DNA of 64,000 nucleotides from Escherichia coli (GTDB lineage Bacteria; Pseudomonadota; Gammaproteobacteria; Enterobacterales; Enterobacteriaceae): NCBI RefSeq assembly GCF_002854065.1, contig NZ_CP024153.1; one strand, 5' to 3'. Shown piece by piece: positions 63,606 to 64,000 of this stretch (position 1 is its first letter; each line of letters starts with the position of its first letter). The notes under the pieces were generated by a model. It saw only the letters and a program-made list of their open reading frames with translations, ran no database searches and was not told where the DNA came from. The position numbers and the translations under genes were made by a program.

Positions 63606-63796
63606 AACTACAGATAAACTACAAAAAACGTTTTGCCTTAGTGTTGGCAGACTACAAATAGACTACAATAAGACTACAAAGAAACTACAAAAACCGTGAC
63701 AGACTACAAAGAGACTACAATAAGACTACAAAGAAACTACAAAAACCGTGACAGACTACAAAGAGACTACAAGAAAACTACAGATAAACTACAAAA
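63606..63796. repeat. ~14 direct repeats of ACTACAA(A/G) at 10-11 bp spacing, including a ~50-bp duplicated block
   Basis: helical-phase iteron array upstream of a putative promoter (TTGACC..TAGAGT) and ATG at 63855. Confidence 0.75.
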
Positions 63797-63854
63797 CTCG
63801 ATTGACCCCTTCTTACGAGTGTTGTAGAGTCATTTTCATACAACGGAGGGGGTT

Positions 63855-63926
63855 ATGAATAAACCAGCAGATCTGAAACCCCGCAACTTATCGGCTGCTG
63901 TCAGATTGCGCCTAAATGAAATGAAC
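63855..63926 (+). pseudogene. gene start (MNKPADLKPRNLSAAVRLRLNEMN) interrupted after ~24 codons by the IS1294-like element
   Basis: good RBS GGAGGGGG; from 63927 the sequence is the IS91-family end shared with 22753-22825. Confidence 0.3.
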
Positions 63927-64000
63927 CACGGCAGCCTGGCGGCTGCAAATTGAAAACCGCCCCGGTTCGTCCTGTTGTTGCCGCACGCCCCGCAGAATAT
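63927..64000 (+). mobile_element. second IS1294-like (IS91-family) copy, first ~74 bp (continues beyond window), inverted relative to the copy at 21141-22825
   Basis: 63921-64000 is the exact reverse complement of 22753-22831; preceded by GAAC. Confidence 0.75.

Overview
Mosaic multidrug- and metal-resistance accessory region of an IncF-type enterobacterial plasmid (RepFIB-like initiator with flanking iterons, F-like sopA/sopB with 43-bp sopC repeats). All calls rest on reading the supplied ORF translations and sequence by eye; no database search was run. The window is structured by IS26: six complete copies (one with two internal 1-bp insertions), a copy cut by the window start, and 40-bp and 138-bp fragments. 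Left to right: SprT-like gene remnant, qnrS1, resolvase remnant; an In37-like class 1 integron on the minus strand (aac(6')-Ib-cr, blaOXA-1, catB3, arr-3, qacEdelta1, sul1 remnant) head-to-head across one IS26 with a second integron (dfrA12-gcuF-aadA2) whose 3'-CS is replaced by low-GC DNA carrying a bleomycin-resistance-like gene; a eukaryotic-type glutathione synthetase gene inside a Tn21-like transposon remnant whose 38-bp IR is split by an IS4321/IS5075-like IS110-family element; an IS26-truncated RepE-like replicon with intact iterons and DnaA boxes; stbDE-like toxin-antitoxin; IS1294-like IS91-family element inserted into a Tn5 remnant (IS50L, aph(3')-IIa, ble fragment); IS26-oqxR-oqxBA-IS26; silver/copper efflux locus silE-silRS / silCFBA-DUF411-silP; a low-GC HNH nuclease gene; GGDEF-GAF cyclase; uncharacterised overlapping ORFs next to a tyrosine recombinase; an IS nest (IS3-family, IS30, IS1) around a ~1.1-kb array of 37-bp tandem repeats; sopABC; RepFIB; IS903; and an array of 11-bp helical-phase repeats cut by a second IS1294-like copy at the window end. 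Most unusual: the 37-bp array, the mobile glutathione synthetase gene, the orphan HNH nuclease, the 11-bp repeat array, and point-inactivated IS copies (IS26, IS30, IS1).
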